A stretch of DNA of 64,000 nucleotides from Camelus ferus (GCF_009834535.1 NC_045696.1:28708001-28772000); one strand, 5' to 3'; counted from the stretch's first letter, positions 27,063 through 39,171 are shown. Program-made: numbers and translations. Notes: generated from the letters alone by a model not told the origin.

Positions 27063-27869
27063 AGCCTGGGAATTTGAGCCGAATATAAAAACTGTAACTC
27101 CAAGTTGTCAATTTACTGTTTTATGCCCTTTATATTTGTATTAAACATCAAAAATGTCCTTTCTTCCTTCCCTCTTTTTCTTTTACCAATATCAGTCTCA
27201 AAACTACAAAGAATAATGTATACAGAAGTGTTCTATTGAATAATACCTTGTCAAAACTTTGTCTTGAAAGTATCTCATATATCACTTAATATAATGGAAG
27301 ATATTAGAGACAGAAAAGATCTTAGCATGTACATAATGATAGAAAATATGATAACAAATATGAATCCAGATTTTGAAGCAATTAGCAGGTCAGGATACCT
27401 ACTAGGAAATAAATATTTCATTGTAACAACAGAATGGATTTAGGGGATTTGGTTCCTTCACACAACTTGTCAGAAAATAATGAGATATAATGCTTCATAA
27501 ATTATAAAACAAGCACTGGTTTCAGAATGACATGAGTTTTGAAATGCTTTTGTGGAATGCATGTAGTCATGAATAGCCCTTTGTCATCATTTGTTAATCA
27601 AAACTAGGGTTGTAGTCAAATCAGCTTAGTGTGTGGCAAGCTGCCACTGAAACTCTTTTTTATTGCCCTCCTTCTGACTAGACAATACCCACTACAGTAC
27701 ATCTCAGTAACACCAAGAACAGGGTTAATATATTTGACCCATATTTGAATCACCTCGTGTTGAGTCTACATATCCTCTGATTCATTAATATCTAACATAA
27801 TACTGAAAATGCAAAGCAAGATGGAACTATGAAGAAATGTTGATTTTTTTTATTTCCATACCACATATT

Positions 27870-28844
27870 GATTTCTTTTTTTATAGAAGTATAGTCAGTT
27901 TACAATGTTGTGTCAATTTCTGGTGTGCAGCATAATGTTTCAGTCCTATATATACATAAATATATTCATTTTATATTATTTTAAATTATAGGTAACTACA
28001 AGATATTGAATATAGTTCCCTGTGCTATACAGTAGAAATTTGTTGTTTACCTATTTTATATATAGTAGTTAGTATCTGAAAATCTCAAACTCCCAATCTA
28101 TCCCTTCCCACACCTTTTCTCCCCAGGTAACCATAAATTTGTTTTCTATGTCTGTGAGTCTATTTCTGTTTTGTAAATAAGTTCATTTTGGTCTTTCTTC
28201 TTCTCCTTCTCCTTCTTCTTCTTCTTTTTTGATTCCACATATGAATGATATCATATGGTATTTTTCTTTCTCTTCCTGGCTTACTTTACTTAGAATGACA
28301 ATCTCTAGTCCATCCATGTTGCTGCAAATGGCATTATTTTATTCTTTTTATGGCTGAGTAGTACTCCATTATATAGATATACCACAGCTTCTTTATCCAA
28401 TAATCTGTCGATGGACATTTAGGTTGTTTCCATGTCTTGGCTATTGTATATAGTGCTGCTATGAACACTGGGGTGCATGTTTCTTTTTGAACTTGAGTTC
28501 CCTCTGAATATATGCCCAGGAGTAAGATTGCTGGATCATATAGTAAGTCCGTTTTTAGTTTTTTGAGGAATCTTCATACTGTTTCCCATAATGGCTATAA
28601 CAAACTACATTCCCACCAGCAGTGTATGAGGGTTCTCTTTTCTCTACACCCTCTCTAGCATTTATCGTTTGTGGATTTTTGAATGATGGTCATTTTGAAT
28701 GATGGTGTGAGGTGATATCCTGTTGTCATTTTGATCTGCATTTCTCTAATAATTAGAAATATTAACATTTTTTCATGTGCCTGTTGGCCATCTGTGTGTC
28801 TTTACTGGAGAATTGCTTGTTTAGATCTTCTGCCCATTTCCAAA
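27870..28844 (-). mobile_element. Young 5'-truncated L1 (3' UTR plus ORF2 C-terminus)
   Basis: T tract, then 3' UTR and ORF2 end (TCCATCCATGTTGCTGCAAATGGC; CATTCCCACCAGCAGTGTATGAGGGTTC); TSD ACCACATATT at 27860-27869 and 28845-28854. Confidence 0.95.
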
Positions 28845-31431
28845 ACCACATATTTGAAACGGTTCTCTGAAAAGGCTCTATAGAGTATACTTTAGGCTTG
28901 ATAATATTAATAAAGACAGTGGCCAATTTCTTATTTGGCTAGACTAAGGAAATAAGTAAGGTATAATAATTTACTTCTGAATAACACTTTGAGGGTTGTC
29001 AGCTGTTTCACAGATTATATTTTATTTATACTTATTATAAATATCTGATGTGCTATACATAGATTTGTTATCTCCTAAGTATCATTTTATAGCTGGGAAA
29101 ACGGAAATTTGGAGATGTTTGAAGCTATGCCCATGGACTTATGCCTAGCTCCTTATAGGGAGGAGCTCTCTCTAACTCTCTGCCTCTGTCTCCATGTCTC
29201 TCTCTCCCTTTCTCTCCCTCTCTATGTATATATATATTTTTTGATAGGGTATAGCTTCAGGTACTTTAGCTTTCATTACAGAAGCTTGTTGTTTTAGCCG
29301 TCCTTCTAGCTTGTAAATATTTTAGAAATACTGTTGTTACAGAGATTTTTAAAAAACAGTTTTCAATTGTCTAGTGGATGAGATTTTACTGTTTGCTCTC
29401 TTGTATTAGATTTTACGAGAGTTTTTTTGGGAGATTATTCTTTTAATGGCATAAAAATTTAGAACATCTTTCTTTGTCACTTGTCATACCTTAACAATGC
29501 AATGGAAGCCCACTCATGTGAAAATTATATAAATTTAAGCATATTTTATATCTGATTTGGTACATGTCATACAATCACTGTGATGTATTTGGATATAACT
29601 TCCAGGGAATATCTGATGTAGCTGCATGTCTTTTCTGGATATGTTTTTAGCTTTGAAATATTATCATTGCTTTTATTTTTGTGGTGGCCTCATTTGTTTG
29701 CTTAGCGTTAATGAAAATAGTCCATATTAGCTTAACACTTTTATCATTACTATAAAAAATATGAGGGCAGCTCCCATGTAAATTACATAAGATATCAACT
29801 CCTTATATATGTATATAAATAAATATTGCATATTATTTTATTAATATGCATACATTTACTAAAAGTAATGCATGCTCATCATAATGAATGAGAGTCACAC
29901 GTCAATTCTTCACTCATAAATGCCCAATATTAAGCAGGCAATCCTCACTTTCCATGGTGTTGCAGTGGTCCTAAAAAAGACCATGTAGGTTTCACGCATA
30001 GGGATCTTACTGAGAAAAATTATGACGATTTTGTGACCTTTATAATTTTTAAACAGAACATTAAAACTCTTATTGTTAGTTATAAATACATATGGAATAA
30101 AAATAATAAAACTAATAATCATTCAATACATTATTATTTAAAATATTAGAAACTGAGAAAAAAGTATTTAATTTCTTTGCAAAACACCCATCAAGACTTC
30201 TTTGTACAGTGTTTGCCTTCACTGTTTGATATGCTGTGGATATGGAATGAGGAACTTTCTTGAATCTTGGCCAAGTATATTCTTTCTAAATTTGGATCAG
30301 TTTCCAACTTTGATTTTTTGTGTTTCAATGTTGTGCAATATCTCCAAGAGTGCGTTTAATGTGAAGGTTTTGTTTTTGTTTTTGTTTTCCCTGGTGTCAC
30401 TTCCTCTGGGACATCTTTATCCTTTTCATTACAACTCACTTCTGTCTGTAAGTTTGCCTTCAGTAAGTTTCTCTGTATTCTTATTTGGAATACCTTAAAT
30501 GACAGCAGTGTCAACATTCCAATGCTCAGTTATTTCTTCTCTAACTCCTTTCATATCTGATTCAGACTTTACTACCAGAGCTATCGCTTTTCATTTCTCT
30601 GTGCACTTTCATCTTTGTTGGCCCGTGTCCTCCCTGACTATTCACTTTTGTACAATATCATGTGGTTTATTACTGAGAGACAAGGAAACATAACTAAATG
30701 CTTTATGTTTGTGCATAAACCAAATAACAGATGTGCAGACTTTGAAAGAAGTGACATGTCTGTCATTATAATGTATATCTGTTTTGACATAATGACTTTT
30801 GGACTAAAGAACTCGCAGCAAAATTTGTTCTTCATGGAATTTCACAGTTAATACACTGTGGTAACAGAAATTTGATTTTTTTGTTGTTGTTGGGAGACTG
30901 GTGTTATTTAACTAAATCACAAAACCCCTATAACAGAGATCCACCACCTGTGTCAGGACCATGAAAACTGAGGTCTGTCTGTATTAAGGTTTTGACATAT
31001 TCTTCTGTATGCATGTTCTGCCCAAATGAAGTTGTGATTCTGCATATAGTTTCTACACAGATTCCCAAAAGCATACATTGTGCCAAATTTCCCTCTGGAA
31101 AGGCATACCTATTTACATTTTTTTAAAAATTACATGAGTATAAGATATTGAACATTTCCCCCAAGATCATCCATTTGTTAGGCAAGTGCTATCTAGTTTA
31201 ATTTATTTAAAAAAACAGTTCAAGTTTACTGATAAAACACAATCTATAAAATATTCAGTTGGTTGAGGAAAAAGCATATGTTTCTTTTTTTTCTCCCAAA
31301 CCAATATATTTCAACCTACTAAAGAGTAAAAATACCTCCCCTTTGATAGGTACAACTAATTTCTTCCCTGAGATAAAATTATTTTTCATTCTGGACATGT
31401 TTCCAACATATATTATTTCCCAACATAAAGG

Positions 31432-31759
31432 TGTAAAATATTAGTAAACAGAAACCTAATTAAATAGAGTCAGGAGACTAGAAGGGGGAGCTCTCACACC
31501 CTGCTACTTACTGGAGGAGCTCAACAAGTAGAAAGACTCTTTTCCTGCTAAAGACTCAGTCAGGGAAAAGCCATGGACTCTGTTTACTGTAGCCTCTCAA
31601 CTTTTCTTCCTCTCTATAAGGTATTCACCTTCCCTTGCTGTGCAGGGACTGGCAAGAGGCTTCATGGCTACAGACCCTGAATTGCAATTTTTTGCTGATC
31701 CCCAATAGACCAGTCTTTGTTTAAGACATACATGGCAGTCTGTTGGCTTCAGGTCAAGA
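31432..31759 (+). repeat. 5' LTR of the provirus
   Basis: TGTAAAATATTAG..GGGGAGCTCTCACAC..GAAAAGCCATGGACTCT..GAATTGCAATT..GGTCAAGA; TATAAG ~31615; aligns with 38781-39087. Confidence 0.92.
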
Positions 31760-31761
31760 TA

Positions 31762-31780
31762 TCGGTGCCTGTAAGGAGAC
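31762..31780 (+). other. Degenerate primer-binding site, closest to tRNA-Ile
   Basis: TCGGTGCCTGTAAGGAGAC immediately after the LTR, versus recalled tRNA-Ile complement TGGTGGCCCGTACGGGGA (several mismatches). Confidence 0.5.
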
Positions 31781-32309
31781 CAAAGAAGACCCCTGACGGC
31801 CCCAGGGCTGGTGAGCAATAGGTACAGTGCCCACAATTGAGTTCAGTGTCACTCACTGCTTTCTTGTTGACCCCGGAGTTTGGAGGTACGTATTTTCTCT
31901 GGATCTGAGCTCACACCCTCTTTGTGTTTGAAGCTTCTAGGTTTCATTCAAGATCTACTTTAACATTCCCTCTTTCTGGGTAAGGCCTTTTTCTGTATAT
32001 GAGCACCAGTTTGGCACTTTGGTATGATTTTGAGATCAGACTGTTTTAGCTGAAGCTGGCTGAAAATACCTTCAGTTCATTCCTTCTGGAACAGGGGCTG
32101 CTTCACCAAAATCGTGCTGGTTTTTCAGCCTTTGGCCTATTCATTTGTAAGGGGCTGTTCCCTGGACTGACCTGGCTCTGACAGGACCAAGCTGGCTCCT
32201 TAAAACCAACTGAGATTAGCTTACAAACTGTTTGAATTGGGCTGTTTGTGCTGTAAAACGGTTGAGCTCTGTTTCCTCTGGAAAAAGCCTCTGAGAAGCA
32301 GGATCCCAG

Positions 32310-33750
32310 TTACCTAAGTATTTTGAGGGCACCCCTGCCCCTTGCAAAGGGACTCCTGACAATTTTATGTTTAAAATCATGGCCCTTCCTCATGCTTAGT
32401 TTTAAGTAAATGAACTGATCTGATAAAAGGCAGTTTGGGATATCAACAGCCATTAGGGGGAGCTTTTGAAATCCCCAAACTAATTTTCTTAATACCAGGT
32501 TGGATAATAGCTCAAAATTTTCCATAACTGAGTGGAATGCTTATTTCACTTGGTATTTTGAGGCTTCCTAATGTTACCAGGAGTCTAAAATTGCCTCACT
32601 GTAAATTGATTTTAAGATGAATAAGTAAACAAAGGATTAAAGAAAGATAAAAGGCTCTCTTATCTAGAGACATCACCCAAAGAAGGTGTGAGCTCAGATC
32701 CAGAGGAAATACGAATCTCCAATGAACTCTACGTGTATTCATGGGCTAAACTGGGATGTTTCCCTTCCTGTAAACAAGACCAGGATGAAATGAGAAACTG
32801 TTCACTCCAGATTTAGTTAATCTGTCAATCCAGCTTTTTCTCAGTCTAGATGAGACACCTCAAGGGAAGACTGCCAAAATTCTTTATCTTCAACTCCAGC
32901 AAATGAAGGCTCCTAAACAAAACCGAGACAGGAGGCAAGGAGGCAGGGCACAGCCATTGAAAGAATGATGGCGGAAGATTCAACTCCCAGTAGACCTTGA
33001 GCTTCAATATACACTCATTGAAATACAACAGCATGCTAAATGGTACTCCCACAGGTGCCATGACAGTTTCAAGGCTGACCATGAAAAGTCAAAAAGTGGG
33101 TGATCGCCCAGTTCCTGGGAATTCCAGCACATGAAACTACCAAACCCATTAAAACTAGCAATCCCCACACCTCGGGGCCAATCGTATTCGTATTCTTCCT
33201 AGCCAGCCCCACGCTGAGGCCTCTGCTCTCCCTTCTGAGTAAGATGGCCCAAATTCTGCCTATGGAATTTGTATCTCCTTGGCCTTTCTCTTGCCTTTTA
33301 AGACAGCCTGTATCTGTCTATGGAATGTGTATCTACTTTTGCTTTAACCACCCCCACGCTTCCTGGCCTCTCCGGCCTTCTGGGATGGCCTATACTCTGT
33401 CTACGGAGTATGCATCTCTCTGAACAAAACTACTTTTACGCAACAATGGCTTGATCTTGGATTCTTCCCTGCACGAAGCCAAGGACCCTCAGTTGATGGG
33501 TCATGTCCCGGGGACTCATCCGAGACCTGGGACATGGTCATCCTGTCACGCCCCACTTTTCCTGTATCAAAACCAAACCCTCCTAGTTTCTGCTATTATT
33601 GCAAAGAGCCAGGACATTGGAAATGAGACTGTTACAAATTTAAGCACCTTAGAGGCTTTCAACCCTCTAACCAGCCTTTCCAACATCCTCCCAATTCTCA
33701 GTGATGGGCTCAAAGGAGCTGCAGGAGCTCTTCCCAATCTTCGCTCTTAA
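32310..33750 (+). pseudogene. gag: Retroviral gag remnant (MA-like part and NC zinc knuckle; largely deleted; split by a solo LTR)
   Basis: FEIPKLIFL and EWNAYFTWYFEAS near 32466-32567; CCHC knuckle C-YY-C-KEPG-H-WK*D-C at 33591-33632. Confidence 0.85.
32924..33569 (+). mobile_element. MER41-like ERV1 solo LTR nested in gag
   Basis: Termini CGAGACAGG...CCTGTATCA; TSD AAAC (32920-32923, 33570-33573); MER41-type motif ACTCCCACAGGTGCCATGACAGTTT at ~33045. Confidence 0.82.
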
Positions 33751-33759
33751 TTGAAGAGA

Positions 33760-36700
33760 CATTTCTCCAGATTGGGGTTGAATGTCTTCCAGTCCTAATT
33801 AACACCCAGAGGCACTTTCTGGGGCTCAACCTCACTACTATAAAACAGCCCCTACCTCAAATTCCTAAAAACCGTTCAAAGAGTGAGGATCTCTAATGAA
33901 ACTCTAGAGTTCCTGATTGGAACCTATTACCTTTTGTTAAGGCCTTTTGAGAAATACATACCTTTTTCTCTTTAGTTCCTCTGCTCTTATCCATTTATTA
34001 GGCTGAGACTTCTTACAGAAGTATTATGTTGGAATGTCTCCGAAAGGGGGAAAATAATTCCAGAAATTGCAGTAGTCATCAAAGTAACCAACCAGGTGAA
34101 TTAAATGACCATTTGACATCTTTTATTCATTCCTCCCCTAATGATAACTAGAGCTAATTCTGGAAATACTGATCATTTTTCCATATTGAATCAGCTACCA
34201 CTTTCCTTATGCACAAAATCTCTAACTCATGTTGGCAAAATTCACAATGCACCTCCCATCAAGATACAAATAGACCCCTCAAAACCTCTTCCCAGAATTT
34301 AATCAATACTGTATAAGTAAAGAAGCCCCTCAAGGCATGAAGCTCATTATAGAATATTATAAGGCCTAAGGTTTTATTGTCCCTTGTACTAGCCCCTGTA
34401 ACACATCTTAAGAGAAAATCTTTTACTGGTGAGATAACCTAAGAGCCAAGGTGGAGGTTTGTCCAGGACCTCTGAGAAATAAACAACATTTTTATCCCTG
34501 GACACCCTGTGGTTACTAATATCCATTCCCTCCAAAAGTAAATTATTTATTGTAATTGATTCATGCAGTGTATTCTTTAGTATTCCAGTTAATGAAGGTA
34601 GGCAACACTTTTTTTGCCTTCACTTGGTAAGAAAAATAATTCACCTGGACAGTAATGCCTCAGGGTTTTACTGAGAGTCCTTCTTCTTTCTCATAAATCT
34701 TAAAGGATCTGGATGATATAAAGTTCCTAAGAGGTTCTACTTTGTTGTAGTACATGAATGATTTGTATCTTTGCTCTCCGTCTGCCTCTACACAGGAAGA
34801 CAACTTGCTAAAGCTTTTACCCTTAAGGAAACACAGGGTCTCCAAAGAAAGATTACAGTTTGCCCAAACCCAGGTTTGATATTTATGGCGTCTAATGTCA
34901 GAACCACAGGCTACCTCTAGATCCAGACAGACTTCACAGTGTCTGAAATTTCCCAAAACCCCAAATTAACCACAAGCTATGAGGTTCTCTCAGGCTAATT
35001 GGTTATTCCTGAAATTAGATTCCAGTGTCTCTCTTATGGCCAAACATCCATATGCTGTACTCAACAATAACGACCTTGACCCAATTTTATGGGAAGAACT
35101 GGGTAATATAGGGTTCAAGGCCTTAAAGGAGTGTTTGATGAATCCACCTGACCTTGGCCATCCCAACGACCAGATTACCTTTTTTTTTCCTTTTTACATA
35201 TAAAAAGGAAGGGAATGCCTTTGGAGTACTTACCCCTAAACACAGGGTCCACCATCGAGCCACAGGATATTATAGACAGAAACTGGATTCTGTGGCATGG
35301 GAATGTATTCCTTGCTTTAGAGCCATTATGGCCACTGCCCTTTTGGTTAAGGCCACTGAGAAAATCCTTGTGGGATCCTTCTTATTTTTGTGCCTCATGC
35401 AGTTGAAACTTTCCTGAATTTTGATCACATCCAACGTTTCTCACTCAGCCCCTACATCTGCTATGAAATCCATTTGATAACTGCTTCTCACATAACTCTT
35501 TCATATTGTAATAACCTTAACCCAACTGCTCTTCTCTCTATGATGGACAAAGTTTCTCATGACTGCCCAACACTGATAGACCACTTACTTACTTCTCCTG
35601 ATGATCTACAGGAAATTCTATTGGGTAACATTGACTTCTCATGGTTGACTGATGATTCTTATTTAAAAAGTGACAATGCCAAATATTGAGATGGGTACAC
35701 CTTTACAACACCTTTGTATGTTGTTAACGCAACATCTTTACCTATGGCCACTTTGGCTAAACAGGCTAAATAATATACTCTTACAGGGGTTTGTACTTTA
35801 ACCAAGGACAAAACTGCCAATATTTATCTTGATAGTAGATATGCTTTTGGAGTAGCTAATGATTTTGGAATGTAGTGGAGGCAACATATCTTTCTTACTT
35901 CCAGTGGAAATACAATTCAAAATGGCCCCAATATTCAGGAATTATTCAATGCAATACTTTAACTTGTCACTCTAGCTATTATTAACATTCTTGGATATTC
36001 TAAATTTCACTCTTTGGAGGCTAAGGAAAATCACCTTGCTGATATTTCCTCAGGAATGTTGCTTTTTTTTTTTTTTTAATTGTTAACAACACTGTATGTA
36101 TATTTGAAAGTTGTTAAGAGAGTGGATTTTTTATTCATTTTCATATTATTTGTCATTTAAGATTATTACAAGATACTGAATACATGGAAAAAAAACTGTT
36201 TTAAAATCTATTTTGATATATAATGGTTAACATTTGCAAATCTCAAACTTGCAAATTTATCCCTTCTCACCCTCTTTCCCCCAGTAACCATGATTTTTCA
36301 CTATGTCTGTGAGTCTGTTTCTGTTTTGATTTGCATTTCTCTGATATTTAGTGATATTGAGTATTTTTTCACGTGCCTATTGGCCATTTGTATGTCTTCA
36401 TTGGAGAATTGCTTGTTTAGGTCTTCTACCCTTTTCTGGATTGTGTTGTTTTTTGTTGTTGTTGTTGTTATTAAGCTTTATGAGCTGTTTATATATTCTG
36501 GAAATTGAACCTTTGTCAGTTACAATTAAATGCTTAGTAATAAATCTGACCAAAGAGGTGGGACTTATACATGGAAAACTACAAAACATTGATTAAGGAA
36601 ATTAAAGATGACTTAAAGAAATGGAAAGCTATCCCATGCTCTTGGAATGGAAGAATCAATATTGTTAAAAAAAAAAAAGGCCATACTGCCCAAGGCAATC

Positions 36701-38410
36701 TACAGACTTTATGCCATCTCTATCAAATTACCCAGGACATTTTTCACAGAACTAGAACAAATAATCCTAAAATTTATATAGAATCACAAAAGACCCAGTA
36801 TTGCCAAAGCAATACTGAAGAAAATGAATAAAGCTGAGGAATAACCCTCCCAGACTTCAGACAATACTATAGGAGCTACAGTAATCAAAACAGTGTGGTA
36901 CTGGCACAAAAACAGACATACAGATCAATGGAACAGAATAAAGAGCCCAGAAATAAACTCACAGACTTATAGTCAATTAATCTTCAACCAAGGAGACAAG
37001 AAGATATAATGGAGAAAAGAGTCTCTTCAGCAAGTGGTGTTGGCAAAGCTGGACAGCAGCATGTAAATCAATGAAGTTAGAACACTCCCTCACACCATAC
37101 ACAAAAATTAACTAAAAATGTCTTAAAGATTTAAATGTAAGACAAGACACAATAAACCTCCTAGAAGAAAACATAGACAAAACATTCTCTGACATGAATC
37201 TTAGCAATGTTCTCCTAGGGCAGTCTACACAGGCAACAGAAATAAAAGGAATGTTGCTTTTAAAGGGACTAAGAGCAGCCAAATCTGTGTCATGGTCCAA
37301 AGAGATACTTTCCCAAATGATAATTTAGAAAAATTGGCTAGAGAAACCCAAAATCTGCCTCAGAAAAGAAAAAAAAAAAAAAAAAAAAAAAAAGGAAACT
37401 CAACAATCATTGTTTTGATAAAAAGAGAAAGCTCTGGTTTGACCCAAATAAAAATCCAGTCCTACTGGAGACTCTAAAATTCCTACTCTTCACCACTATA
37501 TGTGCATTAAAACCATTGGTCTACTGAACAAATGACAGCCTCCATGAATCAGTACTGGTGGGGAGACATTCACAGAGCCACAATTCTTGTCCTGTTTGTC
37601 TGAAGTACAACCCAGGGAAGCCTATTAGTACTGCTCCTGGGCATTTACAGTTGCCTAATGGACCATCTGAGGTCTGACAAATGCATTTCACACCACTACT
37701 TACATCTCATGGATAAAAATGTTTTAGTCATGGTCTGCATGTTTTCACACTGGACTGACGCTTTCCCTTGCAGACAGGCTACTGTCTCTTCTGCACCTAA
37801 ATCCTTTTGGAAAAGATTATCTCCTACCTGAGGAACTCCTGTCAAACTTCATAGTGATCAAGGAGCCCATTTTACCCTCCAGGAATTTCAATACATCTGA
37901 ACTGTTTGGCTGTGCTTCCCACCCTCTCAATCCTCTGGTTTAGTGGAATATATGAATGGCATTTTTAAGACTCAGTTGGCGACACTTACAGAAGCTCTCC
38001 AAATACCTTGGCCAAAAGCATTGCCTTTAGTCCTTCTGAATTTCAGATTCACCCCTTTTGGAACACATAAACACTCACCCCCTGAAGTAATCACAGGACG
38101 CTCAATGCACTGAGCTCCTGCTTCTTTTGACCCACAACTGATAAAAGAGATACTTCAATATTACAAAGGCCTAATTTTTTCCATTAAAATGATCATGCTT
38201 TGATACAGCAATCTTTTCACAGTGTGCCCTGGGGAGATGAAGACTCTAAGTATCACACTTTGCAACCTGGAGATTCAGCTTATTGGAACAGATACTTCCA
38301 GGAGAACTCTGGCTGGGAGACACCTATCAGATACTGTTAGCCAAACCTTGTGCTGCCAGCCTGCAAGGAATAGACTTGGATTCACGTGATGCACCTGAAG
38401 AAAGTGCAGA
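33760..38410 (+). pseudogene. pol: Retroviral pro-pol pseudogene (many stops and frameshifts; interrupted by L1)
   Basis: PR LLG*DFL 33995-34015; RT WRFVQDL*EIN ~34452, FTWTVMPQGFTESP 34640-34681, LL*YMNDL 34742-34765; RNase H WLTDDSY ~35642, NIYLDSRYAFG ~35819; IN VCMFSHWTDAFP ~37733, HSDQGAHFT ~37850, QSSGLVEYMN ~37928, WIHVMHLK ~38377-38400. Confidence 0.95.
36063..37246 (-). mobile_element. Young L1 insertion with 5' inversion (3' part on -, inverted ORF2 part 36521-37246 on +)
   Basis: T15 at 36063-36077; 15-bp TSD AGGAATGTTGCTTTT (36052-36066, 37247-37261); + segment encodes [32 protein letters not shown]. Confidence 0.95.
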
Positions 38411-38769
38411 ACCCTTACTACACATCATCTTGTGACCTGCAGCAAGGATTCCCTGGAAGTGAAGTAGAAGACATCTGTAGAGACAGGTTTCCCAAGATAT
38501 CTAAACCAGACCTGTTGGAAGTTTGTCTGTCAACTTTTGATGATGGAATAACACTTCAGTTGATCTCCAGTGTCTATGATTTTGATAATGCATGGTCTTT
38601 AGATAAAAAGTGCCTGAGAGTTCTCTCTCCCACCCCTCTTTGTTACTTGAATGTGACTTTAATGTTTCCAATCTATGCACTTTTCTTCCAACATGATAGG
38701 GCAAAAAACCACTGAGACTAGAAAACCTGAAACTTAATCAGTGATGCTATCAGGGAAAGATACTGATCA

Positions 38770-38780
38770 ATAGAGAAAAA
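38770..38780 (+). other. Polypurine tract
   Basis: GATCAATAGAGAAAAA directly abutting the TGT of the 3' LTR. Confidence 0.75.
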
Positions 38781-39087
38781 TGTAAAATATTAATAAAGAG
38801 AAGCCTCAATGAAATGGAGTTGGGAGACCAGAAAGGGGAGCTCTCACACTCTGTGACTACAGCAGAGCCCAACAGGAAGAACAAAGTCTCCTCTTCTTCC
38901 CTGGCAAGAATTCAGCCAATGAAAAGCATGGACTCTTAGTCTACTATCATCCTCCCAACTTCTTTTTCAAAAGCCTTCTCCTTCCCTCGCCATGTGGCTT
39001 GCCACGGAATTGCAATTATCTGTCGATCCCAAATAAACCCATTGTTGCTGGAGAACTATCTGGCACTTTATTTGTTTTAGAACAGCA
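38781..39087 (+). repeat. 3' LTR of the provirus
   Basis: TGTAAAATATTAA..GGGGAGCTCTCACAC..CCAAT..AATAAA (~39032)..AGAACAGCA|AAGG. Confidence 0.93.
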
Positions 39088-39171
39088 AAGGCAATGAGAA
39101 AAGTTTTTCTCCTGCAGACATATACATTGAAACAATTTAAGTAGGTAATTTGAAATCACAGAAGTCTGTAT

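Larger units (their letters stand above)
31432..39087 (+). mobile_element. Decayed class I (gamma-like, ERV1) endogenous provirus, LTR-gag-pro-pol-LTR, env absent
   Basis: Homologous LTRs at both ends, perfect TSD AAGG (31428-31431, 39088-39091), PBS-like and PPT sites, collinear NC/PR/RT/RNaseH/IN motifs. Confidence 0.95.

Noticed and set aside
28677..28706. Tandem TTTTGAATGATGGT x2
   Set aside because: A local micro-duplication within the L1; no independent significance.
34979..35689. ORFs with retroviral connection/RNase H similarity as a domesticated gene
   Set aside because: They are short open stretches of a pol riddled with stops and frameshifts; catalytic motifs are mutated (YMND, TDDS).
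38386..38715. 109-aa ORF at the env position as a captured env (syncytin-like)
   Set aside because: No signal peptide, furin site, ISD/CX6CC or transmembrane anchor; only ~370 bp separate integrase from the PPT.
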